A stretch of DNA of 20,000 bases from Thelocarpon superellum. Lineage: Eukaryota. The stretch is taken from the NCBI GenBank assembly GCA_026025795.1, contig JAPEUG010000056.1:44756-64755 (forward strand), given 5' to 3'. Numbering within the stretch: the stretch's first letter is position 1; every line of letters starts with the position of its first letter. The position numbers and the translations under genes were made by a program. This document shows, piece after piece, positions 1 through 10,031 of the stretch. Under the pieces are notes generated by a model. The model was not told where the DNA came from, made no database searches, and worked only from the letters and a program-made list of their open reading frames with translations.

Positions 1-941
1 CCGTCTGGGCTGAGATCAATTCCACCGGTCCACGATTCCTTCGTGTGGGCGTCCCGGATCTCGGCCGCGGGCCGGGTATATGGCCCATTGCCACTCCACA
101 GGGCGAGGCTACCGTCCAGTGCCGCACCCACCAGCAGAGTGTTCCCGCCCTGCACCGGCGAGCCCCACGCCACCGCCGTCATCCGGGTCCGCCCGCCCGA
201 GCCGGCGCTCCGCGACATGTGCACGATGACGGATTTCTGGGCCCGTGGGTGGTTGACGTCCCAGATGCGGAGCGTGCTATCCGTCCCCGCCGTGACGCAA
301 AGTGCACGATCCGTGGGGTGCCAGGCGCCGGTGGTGATCTCGGAGACGTGTCCCTTGGTGTGATGCATGTCTCGCAGGTACATGTCGCCCTTGGCAAACT
401 CCACGATACTGTCGCCATCGCGCGACAGCACCTTCGCTTGCGACGTGGCGGGGATGACAAGGAGCTGTGACGCCGAGAGCGGGTTGAAGGCGACATGGTG
501 GACGGGATGGGTCTCGGCCGTCTTGGACGCGGTGGGGTCGACGGACTTGAAGGCCCGCAACGTCGTCGGCGTCATCGAGGCAAAGTCGTGGAACTTGAGC
601 GTGCAGTCGCTCGAGGCCGTGACGAGACGCGCCCCAGACGGATCGAGCGTGGCGGAGGTGACGGCCCGCTCGTGCGTCTTCAAGACGATCTCATGCGTGG
701 TGGGAAACTCGACCTCGGACTCGTCGTCGCTGGACTCATCCGAGTCCTCGGCGTCACTGGCATCCTCTGCTGTCGGCCGGTCCGCCGTGGTCCTCGTGTC
801 ATCTGTCACCCTTCGGGTGCGGTCGATCTGGGCGGCGATATCGGCTGACTTGGCCTGCTTGCCAAAGGATGTGGGGAGAAATGCGCGCATGGGGTCCTCG
901 TCGGCCAGGATCGGCTCCTCGACGAAGCTCTCGTCCGCCAT
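1..941 (-). CDS. WDR70: WD40-repeat protein, WDR70/GAD1 family (5' part; runs off the left edge)
   Basis: Hand translation of the minus strand from ATG 941: MADESFVEEPILADEDPMRAFLPTSFGKQ..., an acidic linker, then FPTTHEIVLKTHERAVTSATLDPSGARLVTASSDCTLKFHDFASM...EFAKGDMYLRDMHHTKGHVSEITTGAWHP...TAGTDSTLRIWDV. KGDMYLRDMxxTKGH is a WDR70-family signature. It is absent from the ORF track, presumably because it has no stop inside the window. A possible upstream ATG micro-exon lies at 1056-1058. Confidence 0.9.
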   Translation of the reverse strand, partial: MADESFVEEPILADEDPMRAFLPTSFGKQAKSADIAAQIDRTRRVTDDTRTTADRPTAEDASDAEDSDESSDDESEVEFPTTHEIVLKTHERAVTSATLDPSGARLVTASSDCTLKFHDFASMTPTTLRAFKSVDPTASKTAETHPVHHVAFNPLSASQLLVIPATSQAKVLSRDGDSIVEFAKGDMYLRDMHHTKGHVSEITTGAWHPTDRALCVTAGTDSTLRIWDVNHPRAQKSVIVHMSRSAGSGGRTRMTAVAWGSPVQGGNTLLVGAALDGSLALWSGNGPYTRPAAEIRDAHTKESWTGGIDLSPD

Positions 942-1418
942 CGGGGCGAGAGAGGTCAGCTCTGGTACATCAGCATGCGTTCGAACATGCTCGGGGATAT
1001 GGAGTGTTCATCTTGCACCCAGATGGATCGCGGTGCGGGCAAACTCTGGTCTTACCATGTCGGAAAAGTGATGTTTCTTTTCAAGATTGCCATCGTGAAC
1101 CGACCAGGCCAACGTACGAAGTACCTTCGTACATCCGACGCTTCGTGCCCCATGTTTCATCCTCCCCTCTACCTCGTTTTCACACCTGGAGGTCCGACCC
1201 ACACCACACAAATGAGATTAGGTCATGCTCAACGGCCTATGCGTTGGGGTACGGTAGGTGACTGTCTGTGGTGCCTGCCTAGAGCTCGCTGAAGACTTTC
1301 GCATGCGTACACACTGAGCCTCGAGTGGACCTGCGAATTCATTCGTCGAGCTTCTTGACCACCTGATCCACGGAACACAGTTCACAAGCTCCATTCCACA
1401 CCAGCCTGAGACTCCAAT

Positions 1419-2062
1419 CTAATCAAACTCAGCGGCCACCTCCTCCGCACTGACCGGGATCTGGTCCTCGGCCGCCACGATATGCGTGTCTCCTTGGCCT
1501 GGGGCCGCGTCGCCCTTGTCTAAGGCGCGCTGACGCCCATCGAGCCGTGAATCGGCACCTTGGAGGCCGCCATCACTCGCCCCAAGTCCCGCCGTCCCCA
1601 GCCTCTGCCGACTGGATGTATGCTGGCCGTCGTGACGAAGTTCGTTGCTCGTTTGCCCTTGTACCGGTTGTCCTAGGCCCTGATGCACCTCCGCCGAGCT
1701 GGCGCCACCCAACGTATCCCCCGCCGATGTGCTTGCGTCTGGGTCGTCATTATCCATGGCGGACGAGTCCAGTCCTTGTCCCGGGACTTTGGACGAGGTG
1801 TTAGGGGCGAAGGTCCGGTCCGCTGGTGCTGTACCTGCAGGTATGGTCTGCGCGGAGAACTCGGGAGCGTGGTCTGCAGCGGTCACCTTTTGTCCGGGTT
1901 GGTGCTGTGACAGCGTCAGCATCCGACCCATCGCGACCGGTCCGAATCGAACTGCATCTATGGGCGGCCTACCCCTTTTGTGGTCATGGGCTCGTCTCGG
2001 GAAACCTTCGAACGAAATTCCCCGCCGCTGACAACAGCATCAGCGTTGCGTGAGGCGCTCAT
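1419..2062 (-). CDS. Small hydrophilic fungal hypothetical protein (191 aa, 2 exons)
   Basis: Exon 1 2062-1973 (MSASRNADAVVSGGEFRSKVSRDEPMTTKG); intron 1972-1905 (GTAGGC...GCTGAC...CAG, 68 nt); exon 2 1904-1419 (HQPGQKVTAADHAPEFSAQTIPAG...VSAEEVAAEFD*). Splicing keeps the frame. Rich in G/A/S/D/Q, with no Cys or Trp. Confidence 0.8.
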
Positions 2063-2347
2063 GATGAGTATCTACGGATTCGACAGTCGTAGAAGGCAGA
2101 AAATGATACACAGGATGCAAAAGAGTCACACTGTGGAAGATGGTGCAAGGATGAGTAGTCCTTGCGGGTCTCGGTCGCCCGTGTGCCAACTCGGTGGCCC
2201 CAATTGCACCGGCGGGCATTACGCGGGATGTCGTAGTCCGATGACGTCAATTTCTCCGTCGTTTGTCGACAACCCCCCATCACCAGCACCACGTCCTCCC
2301 GTACCTTCATATCCGATGGAGTGCCCCGCTAAGCTCGGCGTGCCAAA

Positions 2348-4905
2348 TTATCCGCTCAGAAAGGTTCGATGCGCGTTCCGGTGCTTCTCGCCCGAATACG
2401 CGTCGAGCTTCACCGCCATCATCACCACCTCCATCCCTCCGCGACTGCTGTCCGGCTGCGGCTGGACCCGTAGTCGCCATTGTCCGCGTCGGACCACCCA
2501 CTCGCCAAAGTCGTCCATGCTGCCGCGACGCGCTCGCTTGCGTGGCGGCTCCGTGCTCGCGCTCGTCGCCTCGCCCGCGCTGGACTCTCCGACGGCATCC
2601 TCGTCCGACGCACGACGCTCCCCCGGACCGGGCCGGTAGATCTCGCCGTCCAGGAGCACGTGAGCGTCGCGCTCGATGCGGATCTTCACCTCGTCGTCGC
2701 TCAGCGGCGTGTTGCCCGGACTCACTGATGTCCGGCTGGCCCCGCCCTGCAGCATCAGTAGCCCCAGCGGCTGCTCGGTCGGGAGATTCATCTTGTTGGC
2801 AATGACTTGGAAGAGGCTCGAGATGCGCGCGTTGGTGTCGCCCTGAAATGTCGCTCGCATCGTGCGCAGGTTGAGCTTGGTGCGCTCGCCCGCCACCTCC
2901 ACCACGAGCTCGTAGGAACGTTCGTCCACAAACGGACGCGAGTAGTTGACCCAGCCCACCGTCGGCGACCGATCGGACGGCGTTGTCTCGGCGACAAAAG
3001 ATACGCCCGATTGCCGCAGGTCCTCCAGCCGGATCACGATCTCCGACCGCGCCCGTCGGAGGTTATAGCTGATCTCATGCGGGATGAGCTTTTGCTCCAG
3101 CCCTTTGAACTGATAATACTTGCAATCCCGGAGGAGCTCTGCCCGGTGTGAGTCGTCCCGGATCTGCAGCGGATATCCTCGGAGCAGATGGAGGAGCTGC
3201 GCGAAGACCGTGGCTGATCGATGAGGCACGATAGGTGGCGGGATCGACGGCGGTCGCAGCAGACCCTCGCGCCGCAGCCCCGGAAAGACGTCCTCAGGCG
3301 CGGCAAAGAAGACGGCGAAGCCGAGGGAAAAGTAATTCGGTGAGTCGCCCGGCGACGCGAAGATGTCTCGGGGGATCTGGAAGTTCCCATCGCCGATCTG
3401 GATGAAGATGTCGGACTCGAAGAGCTGCGCGATCAGCCGTGGCACTGCGATGTGTTAGCAGCTTCGCTCCGCACGAGGCCGGCGTCGTCGCCACGCACGG
3501 TAATAAAATTGGGCATCCGCAAACAGCCGGACGTAGTGACTGCCATCTCTCGGAATGACCCGGTATCCTGCCGGACCGTGAGCATCGTCCTCCCGCTCAC
3601 CAGCGTCTGGCACTTACCTTGAAGGTGTCGGGAGATGTCGCGAAACGTCGCAGGATCCCGATCGATGTACAGCGTGCGGATGCTTCCGGCGTCGTCACCC
3701 TTCTCGTAGAGCTGTTGCCCAAAGAACTGCGAGAAATATGAGGGTGCTCTAGGATTGTCAGCTAGACGTTGTGCCAGACCTCGACGCGAAGGCTACACAC
3801 CATCAGACGAGATGGACGCTCCCGATAGCCGAAACAATTCCGACCCAATCTGAATGGGAAACACTTTCTCATGCGGCAGAATTTGGGGGATGTCCGCAAA
3901 GGAGTGCCGCGATCCCGCAATGCTATGGGCCAGCGCGGACTTGGCCGCCCCACGCGCATCGGACTCAGGCGGGGTGCCGACGAAAGCCGACGGGTCGTCT
4001 CGAGACCGGCGGTCCTCCATCCTTGGGATGGCAGACATGGCACTCTGACCGGTCGCGCTGGCCGATCGCCATCCGGTCTTGCTCGGTCGAGATCGCTCGA
4101 GAGCATCTTGCGATGGCCTCCGTTGCGAGCGAAGGTCAGTGTCGTCTGTAGTCGGCGAGGCCGCATCGCTCCCAGCCTTCCGCTTCACGCCGGGATGAAG
4201 GACGGGCTCGGGTGGACTGAGGTATGATGCTGGGGACGGTCCTTGGGTCGGCGCGGGGGGGACCACCGACGCCGTGGGGTTGGGAGGTGTGAGCACCGTG
4301 GTCGTCTCTTCCTCCGGACAGGGAGCGGGTGGAATGGAGAAATCTCCCGCCTGCTGCGAGGGAGCATCGATGGTCAATTGACCTTGCGGCTCGTACGCAT
4401 TGACCGTTGCCGAGAGCTCGTCAAACGAGGCTTGCCAGTCGAAGTCGAGCAGGTTCCCCACGATCTCGGGGCTTTCAAAAGCGTTGCCCACCGTATTGGC
4501 GCCGGGATTCTTGAGGGTCGACGCTTCATTCAAGTGGTCCTCCGACGGCAGGCTTTCCGGACGCGGGCCCACTCCCGCCGCAGCTTCAATCGACCTCATG
4601 GATCCATGGAGATCGGCCTGCACTGCGCCGAGAGTCTTGCTGGCACGTGAGGCCGCTCCCCACTCAGCGGCATCCGACCTGTCACTTCCGGCCGAGTGGA
4701 CGGCGCCCGCCAGCCCCGAGCTGCTCGTGGCGTGATGCGAGGGCACAAGTGGCATGGCCTGAGCCCGCGACGGGCGTGCCGGAGGACTGAAGACCGGAGA
4801 GATGAAAGCCAGCTCCCTGGTCCACTCGTCCAGGGCAAGGGCGTCGAAGGGTGTTGGTGCCCGTCGACGGTCGCCGGCCGTCGACGGCTTTGTCAGCTGG
4901 CTCAT
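2348..4905 (-). CDS. Tandem BTB/POZ (K-channel tetramerisation type) domain protein, similar to yeast YLR108C/YDR132C (~799 aa, 4 exons)
   Basis: Exons 4905-3801, 3746-3618, 3567-3499 and 3444-2348 sum to 2400 nt. The spliced product reads VFPIQIGSELFRLSGASISSD|APSYFSQFF...LYIDRDPATFRDISRHLQG|YRVIPRDGSHYVRLFADAQFYYL|PRLIAQLF..., then a second BTB-like unit (...AELLRDCKYYQFKGLEQKL). IDRDP and DAQFY are typical BTB motifs. The start codon and the intron 1 boundary are uncertain. Confidence 0.88.
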
Positions 4906-5770
4906 CGCTGGACCTTCGCGTGCCGGCCGTTAAACATCATCGCTGTAAGAGACGGCGAGCCGCCCCGCTGCACATAGAACGCACACTAGTCAGGAAGCCC
5001 AGATATCACTCTATGAATGCCTGCGGCTGTCGAGTCAGGGCGTGTTCCCGCCACGTCTAGTAGAGGCGCAGAGCCGGCTGCAGTTGGCCTTCAGCCCAAT
5101 GTGTTGGGCCACTGTGCCGCCTGGCGTGTTCCATGACCTGTGCTACGTCTTGCTCCTGCTCTGCGCATGCCGACGCGGCATTTAGCACTGCCAAGTCCTC
5201 ACAAGTACACGACCGGCTAGTACGGGTATGAGGTCGGGTACAGCTACAAGGATGAGTGCTACCAGCCTCTCTCGCAGTAGACCTCAGTCACCTCCTTGTA
5301 CGTGAATGTGTTGGAGAGGAGGAAGGTGCATCGAGGATGTGGCGCTGTTGGTCCTGGTCAGACGCGGGGCGGAGTAGCACACGCTTCCTCCATGTGCGGT
5401 CATTGCTCCATCCGAGCCGCGCGCCTCAGTCGACCCGGCATTGAGCCTAGACTGGAACCTCATGAATATGCTGCGGCCTTACTCACGCACCGGTACCGTC
5501 ATCACAGACTTATGCACAGCCTGATTTGCATTCGTGTTGCCTTTGCCGTCGATTCGTAACTTTCCGTTCCTCCCCGCACCCAGTGCTCTCCCGCGTATCG
5601 GACCTAGCGGAGGGATCGTGCGAGCCCTTGCAAAGCAGGGCACCTGATAGTACTGGTATGGGAATACGATGTTGGATATAACTGAAATAGTGGCAGTTCA
5701 AGATATAGAAGAGGCCTATATGCGTCCGGCGGTCTTAGATATGGCTATCATCCTACCCACATGTGAGATC

Positions 5771-6697
5771 CTACACTGGCTTGAATTCGCCCTCGATCTC
5801 CACGATCTTCTCCACGGCCTTCTTGTATGCCTCGCGCTCGTATATCCGGTCCAGGTACGCAGACAATTTGGGATAGTTCGTGACGTTGACGCCAGCCCGG
5901 CGGCTGGCGGCCTCGAGTGGGAAGCTCATCAAGATGTCCGCCCCTGTCAGCTCTTTGCCGCAGAGATATTCGCCATTGCCTGGAGAGGTGGTCATCTGGC
6001 TCTCGAGGAAGTCGAAGTGGGTCTTGTAGTTCGGATGGAGATAGGAGGCTTCGACTTTCCCAGCAATCAAGGAAGTGATGGGCTTGAGGAAGAACGGAAG
6101 GGGAGCGTTCCGGATTTCTACCCGGAAGCACGAGTCAGCCACAGCCCAAATGGCAACAATAAAGGAAGCGTTCCTTACTGGACACGATCAAGCCAACGAC
6201 GAGCAAGGCCATCAGGCTCCCCTCAGCATAGTGCATGTAGAAACGGTAGCGGAGCCACTCCTCCGTCTCGCCTCCAATCTGTCGTTCCTGGCCCTCGGCA
6301 TACTGTCGGGGCTGGAGCCAAGGACCAAAATGCTCGGTGAGATACTCGACGATGAAGCCGCTTTCGGCGAGCACCAATGGCTTGGCATCGCCCGCCTGCA
6401 CCGAGATGACGGGCGATTTGCCGAGAGGGTGCACCTCCTTGAGCTCGGGCGGAGCAAAGCCCTCGGGTAAGCGCTTGAAAGTCTGAATCTCATACTGCAA
6501 CTTGAGCTCTTCGAGGAGCCACAAGATGCGCTGCGATCGAGACTTTTCTAGCCTGTTGAGAACGGAGGTTAGCGATGCTCTTGAAGCTTCGCGGTGGTAG
6601 GCATGGATCGATACCAAAAGAGTTTGATCTTGGCTTGATTAGTAGGCGCCTCCTTCGACACAGCCTGCGCCGTCGGCTCAGTGGATTCCGTCGACAT
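5771..6697 (-). CDS. GTT1: Glutathione S-transferase, GTT1-like (267 aa, 3 exons)
   Basis: Exons 6697-6615, 6552-6179 and 6117-5771; introns GTATCG..GCTAAC..CAG (62 nt) and GTAAGG..GCTGAC..TAG (61 nt). Motifs: LFWLEKSRSQRILWLLEEL, LKEVHPLGKSPVI, LAESGFIVEYL, MHYAEGSLM, YLCGKELTGADILMSFPL. Confidence 0.93.
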
Positions 6698-6814
6698 GAC
6701 GTGGGCAGGGGATGCTCCGGACGAGCGTGAGGGTATGAGCGAGCGTGGCCAGTGGATCGACAATGGGCGTAGATGTGGTGCTCACCACTCGTGCGGGCCA
6801 GCCCGTCCGAGTCC

Positions 6815-6825
6815 TATATATATTT
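6815..6825 (-). promoter_or_regulatory. Probable TATA box of the GST gene
   Basis: Plus strand TATATATATTT (minus strand AAATATATATA), an isolated AT-only run about 120 nt upstream of the GST ATG in otherwise GC-rich DNA. Confidence 0.5.
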
Positions 6826-7353
6826 CCTCCAACTGGCCGATTTCAGTGCTCTAGGGTTCTGTCCGGCGAAGGTGTTACTGTGCGAAGTCCTACACGGGAC
6901 ATATGTCCGTAGGCGATATCCCCGTCCCACCCAACCATCCGCCAAATGCTGAATCTAGTAGGTCATCGTGGGATATGGCGTCCGTCCGTCCGGACCGTGT
7001 CCCACGATAGCCCAACGACCCACATAGGCCCATTTTCCTTGCCTGAATAGACACTATGTAACAGATAGAAAATTGTCGGTCGGTTCTCACATAGCTAAGA
7101 GATGATCGAACAAATGATCTGGTCTCTTCTTTCTGTCATCCCCCTACGTCAGATGCGCCACCAGATTTTGCCGAGGCACGGAGAATTGGGGACTACGAGT
7201 GGCGACGCGACCATCAGAACTCCGATCACATGATCTTCGAGGGCCACGATCCCTTTCGGATAGCGCACTTGTCGACCGAGTCCATCGTTCGCTCACAGCG
7301 CGACATTGACCTCGCACGCCCACGATCACCGTCGCCACCACCACCAGCGCAAG

Positions 7354-7767
7354 ATGGCAGGCCACAACAATGGTGAGTAGCGAACGTCCTGATTCTAGTG
7401 ATGGGCGTGGACTAATCGCGGTGTGCGCAATGCAGCTGTCACGCTGGATCCGGCGTTGGTCAAATATGCCAGTAGGGCTTCCCCATCGGTTTGGAGGTAT
7501 CATCATCCGGACGCAGAGGACTGACGGGTTTTCAGACATGTACGTCAATCGGCACAAATACTTTCGATGGACGCCACGCACGGCCTGGTTGACTTTTGCC
7601 TACGTGGTGGCCGTCCCGTCTATCGTGGGATATCTGGCGTATTCGACCGAGGTAAGGGTCCATGCGTCGCCCGACCGGCCGTGCCGTGAACCTCTGCCGC
7701 TGACAAGTACTAGGGCAAATGGGAGTTCCGGGGCAAGCGACGAGGAGACTTGATCTCGGAGTTTTGA
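7354..7767 (+). CDS. NDUFB4: NADH:ubiquinone oxidoreductase accessory subunit NDUFB4/B15 (fungal 6.6 kDa subunit; 74 aa, 4 exons)
   Basis: Exons 7354-7372, 7436-7471, 7536-7651 and 7714-7767; three 62-64 nt GT..AG introns with ACTAAT/ACTGAC/GCTGAC branch points. Product: [74 protein letters not shown] (DPAL and FRWTPRT motifs, one TM helix). Confidence 0.92.
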
Positions 7768-7856
7768 GCATTGGTCAAGAAGAGAGGCTACTAGGGTCGG
7801 AGATGCATCAGAATTGTTTGGACGCAATTCCGCCATGTCACCAGATTACTGTCTCA

Positions 7857-8954
7857 CTAGCCCATCAATTGCAACAGATCGTCGGGCGGCCATCGCGTCT
7901 GCGCGAAGCTTAGACACCGCTTGATGCTCTGCAAGAACCTCCGGGTGACATCGTCGCTCATGATGTGCGCCTCGCTTTCATGCAGCTTCTCTCGTGCCGA
8001 TCGCTCGTGAATGCCCACCATAGTGACTCCAATCGGCCAAGCCCTGTGGATATCTCGTCAGCACGTAGGCAAAAGCGAGGAATGGGAGGGCCATGGAGGG
8101 GCGTACGCCTTCCCGATGCTGAGTTGCAGATAGCCATCGTTGGCATCGACGTATCGTCGCTCCTGCGCCGCCTTGACAATCTCCACCACGGGTTCCAGTA
8201 CCTCCAGCTCACCCCTCTCGAGTCGTCGGAACAACGGTCGCATGTCTTCTTTGGCCTGGGTCATCGCATGGTAGGCTGCCTTGCCTTGATGGCTGTCTTT
8301 GACATTCGCGGGCCGTTGATCGAGTGCGGCCTCCCACTCCTTCAGCACCATGCTAAAGTAGGACGCCAATTGGCGGAACAGGTAACTCTTGGCCTCGGGG
8401 TCCGTGGGCACCTTGTCAACCTTCATCTCATCCTCCGGGACGAGCTCCAACGTGGTGAAGCCAATGAGGGGTCGCCGGTGGAGTCTCTTGTATCGGAAGA
8501 ATCGGTCGAGGTGTGACTCCGCAAACAATCGGGCGGGTTGGCCGTCGGCACGAAGCTTCGCAATGAGCTCGTCATCAGGGATGTCATCCGCCCGGGGGGC
8601 TGAGACGTTCTTCTCGGCTGGACGCTCGGGGAGCCCCAGTCGCTTTCGTCGAGCGCGTTCTTCGGCTTCCTCTTCCGCGCGCCGTCGTCGCCGTGATTCC
8701 TCCGCCAGGCGCTGCCGCTTCTCCTCGCGTTCCCGATCGCGCTGCGCCTCCTCGTGCTCTAGTTTCCGCTTCTTCTGCCGGCGTTCTTCTTGCTCGGACC
8801 GTTTGGCCTCTTGCTCGGCATGGTAGGCGGCCTCTCGTTGTTTCTCTAGCTCGGCACGCTTGACATATTTTGCCTCGGATTTCGTCGAGGTCTTGGCGGT
8901 GGTGTCCTGCTTGACCTTTTGGATCTCCTTGGACATCAACGCTGCAAAATCCAT
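7857..8954 (-). CDS. PRP18: Pre-mRNA splicing factor Prp18 (344 aa, 2 exons)
   Basis: Exon 1 8954-8107 (MDFAALMSKEI..., charged coiled coil, PRP4-like LRADGQPARLFAES); intron 8106-8044 (GTACGC..GCTGAC..CAG, 63 nt); exon 2 8043-7857. The junction yields the conserved loop [29 protein letters not shown]...TRRFLQSIKRCLSFAQTRWPP. Confidence 0.95.
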
Positions 8955-9326
8955 GGCGGAGTTTGGGCGGCGTCGGTCCGTTGAACGATGGAATGATTGC
9001 GTGTTGGATGCAGCTGGCGAGGTTTCGCAGGGATGGGACAAGCGCCGAGTGACGCTAAGCAAAGCCACCGCGACGGTGACTGAGAGTCGTTGTTAAGTTT
9101 GCCCGTGGCCACGGCCCATGTATGCTGAGTCGGGCCACCACGGACTAAACACCACTCCCTCTTATTGTCCTCAAGCGTCTGTCGAGTACTTCATCTTGGG
9201 AGTGATCGCAGGCTATCAAGCATGCGGAAGGAATCTGATCGGTCTTCGGCGTGATATGGGAGCCTCCGCTTGATAGCTTTCCGTGCTTCCTCCGCAATTC
9301 CGTGATACTCTTGCCCCGTCTCCTTT

Positions 9327-10031
9327 ATGGCCTCATCCGCGCCCGCCGGGCCCAAAATAGATCGGCAGACGACGGTTCCCTTTCACTTGAAGCTATTCTA
9401 CCGGAGTGGTGGCTTTCATCGGTCTAGTCCCCTTTCAAGATGTTCGCGCGGCTGTCACTAATCAATGCTCAGACTCGAAGAGTTCCATCCTTCCCCTGGG
9501 ACAGCAGCGCTTCCCGCGCACCTTCAAATCTACACTTGGCCCTCGTGTACGCTCCGTGAGCTGTCCCATCTGCTCACCACTGCCTTACCCACACTCCTCC
9601 CTGATCCGGTCATCGGCACGCGACTCTCCTACCGGCTGATCTTCCCGGACACGCGCGATCCGGGGCGTCCCGGACCTGGCCGGTACCTGAGCAAGGAGCT
9701 GGGAAGCGTGGTCATTGGCGCCGGCGGACCAGGCGTCATGTCCAAGGAAGAGGAGAAAACGGTGGCGGGCGGGCCGATGGCGGGCGAGCTCGGGGGCGAG
9801 CCAGAGAAGACGCTCCAGGAGGGACGATTCGTGATTGGGGACTACGTGTCGTGCGCCATCTTTCCCCCGCTCTCCAATGGATCGGTCGCCGCGGGGAATG
9901 CCGTGAGTCGGGAAAATAATGGACCGGGAGGGTTCCGGGTCCGAGGCACTGCCCGCGGCGGCATGGGCGCACCCAGCTTTCCGCACGGCGAGTGGCGGCG
10001 AGGGGATGTACCGAGTGGACGGCCACGGTGA
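9327..10031 (+). CDS. SAP18: Sin3-associated protein 18 (SAP18; histone deacetylase complex / ASAP complex subunit; 217 aa, 2 exons)
   Basis: Exon 1 9327-9421 (MASSAPAGPKIDRQTTVPFHLKLFYRSGGFHR); intron 9422-9472 (51 nt, ACTAAT..CAG); exon 2 9473-10031 (LEEF...LQIYTWPSCTLRELSHLL...KTLQEGRFVIGDYVSCAI, G/R-rich tail). IDRxxTxPF, IYTW..TLREL and RFVIGDY are SAP18 motifs. Confidence 0.93.

Noticed and set aside
367..1071. 234-aa plus-strand ORF, and similar long ORFs such as 1980-2639, 5669-6340, 7965-8516, 12300-12866 and 15615-16316
   Set aside because: They lie antisense to well-supported genes in GC-rich DNA with few stops and show no recognisable motifs, so they are shadow ORFs.
4906..5770. 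Possible hidden gene or ncRNA between the BTB and GST genes
   Set aside because: Only short ORFs, with no consistent splice structure and no tRNA, snRNA or snoRNA motif; consistent with promoter plus 3' UTR.
8955..9068. N-terminal extension of the PRP18 ORF in the ORF track
   Set aside because: It begins at a non-ATG codon; the ATG at 8954 has a strong GCCATGG context and gives a plausible N-terminus (MDFAALM).
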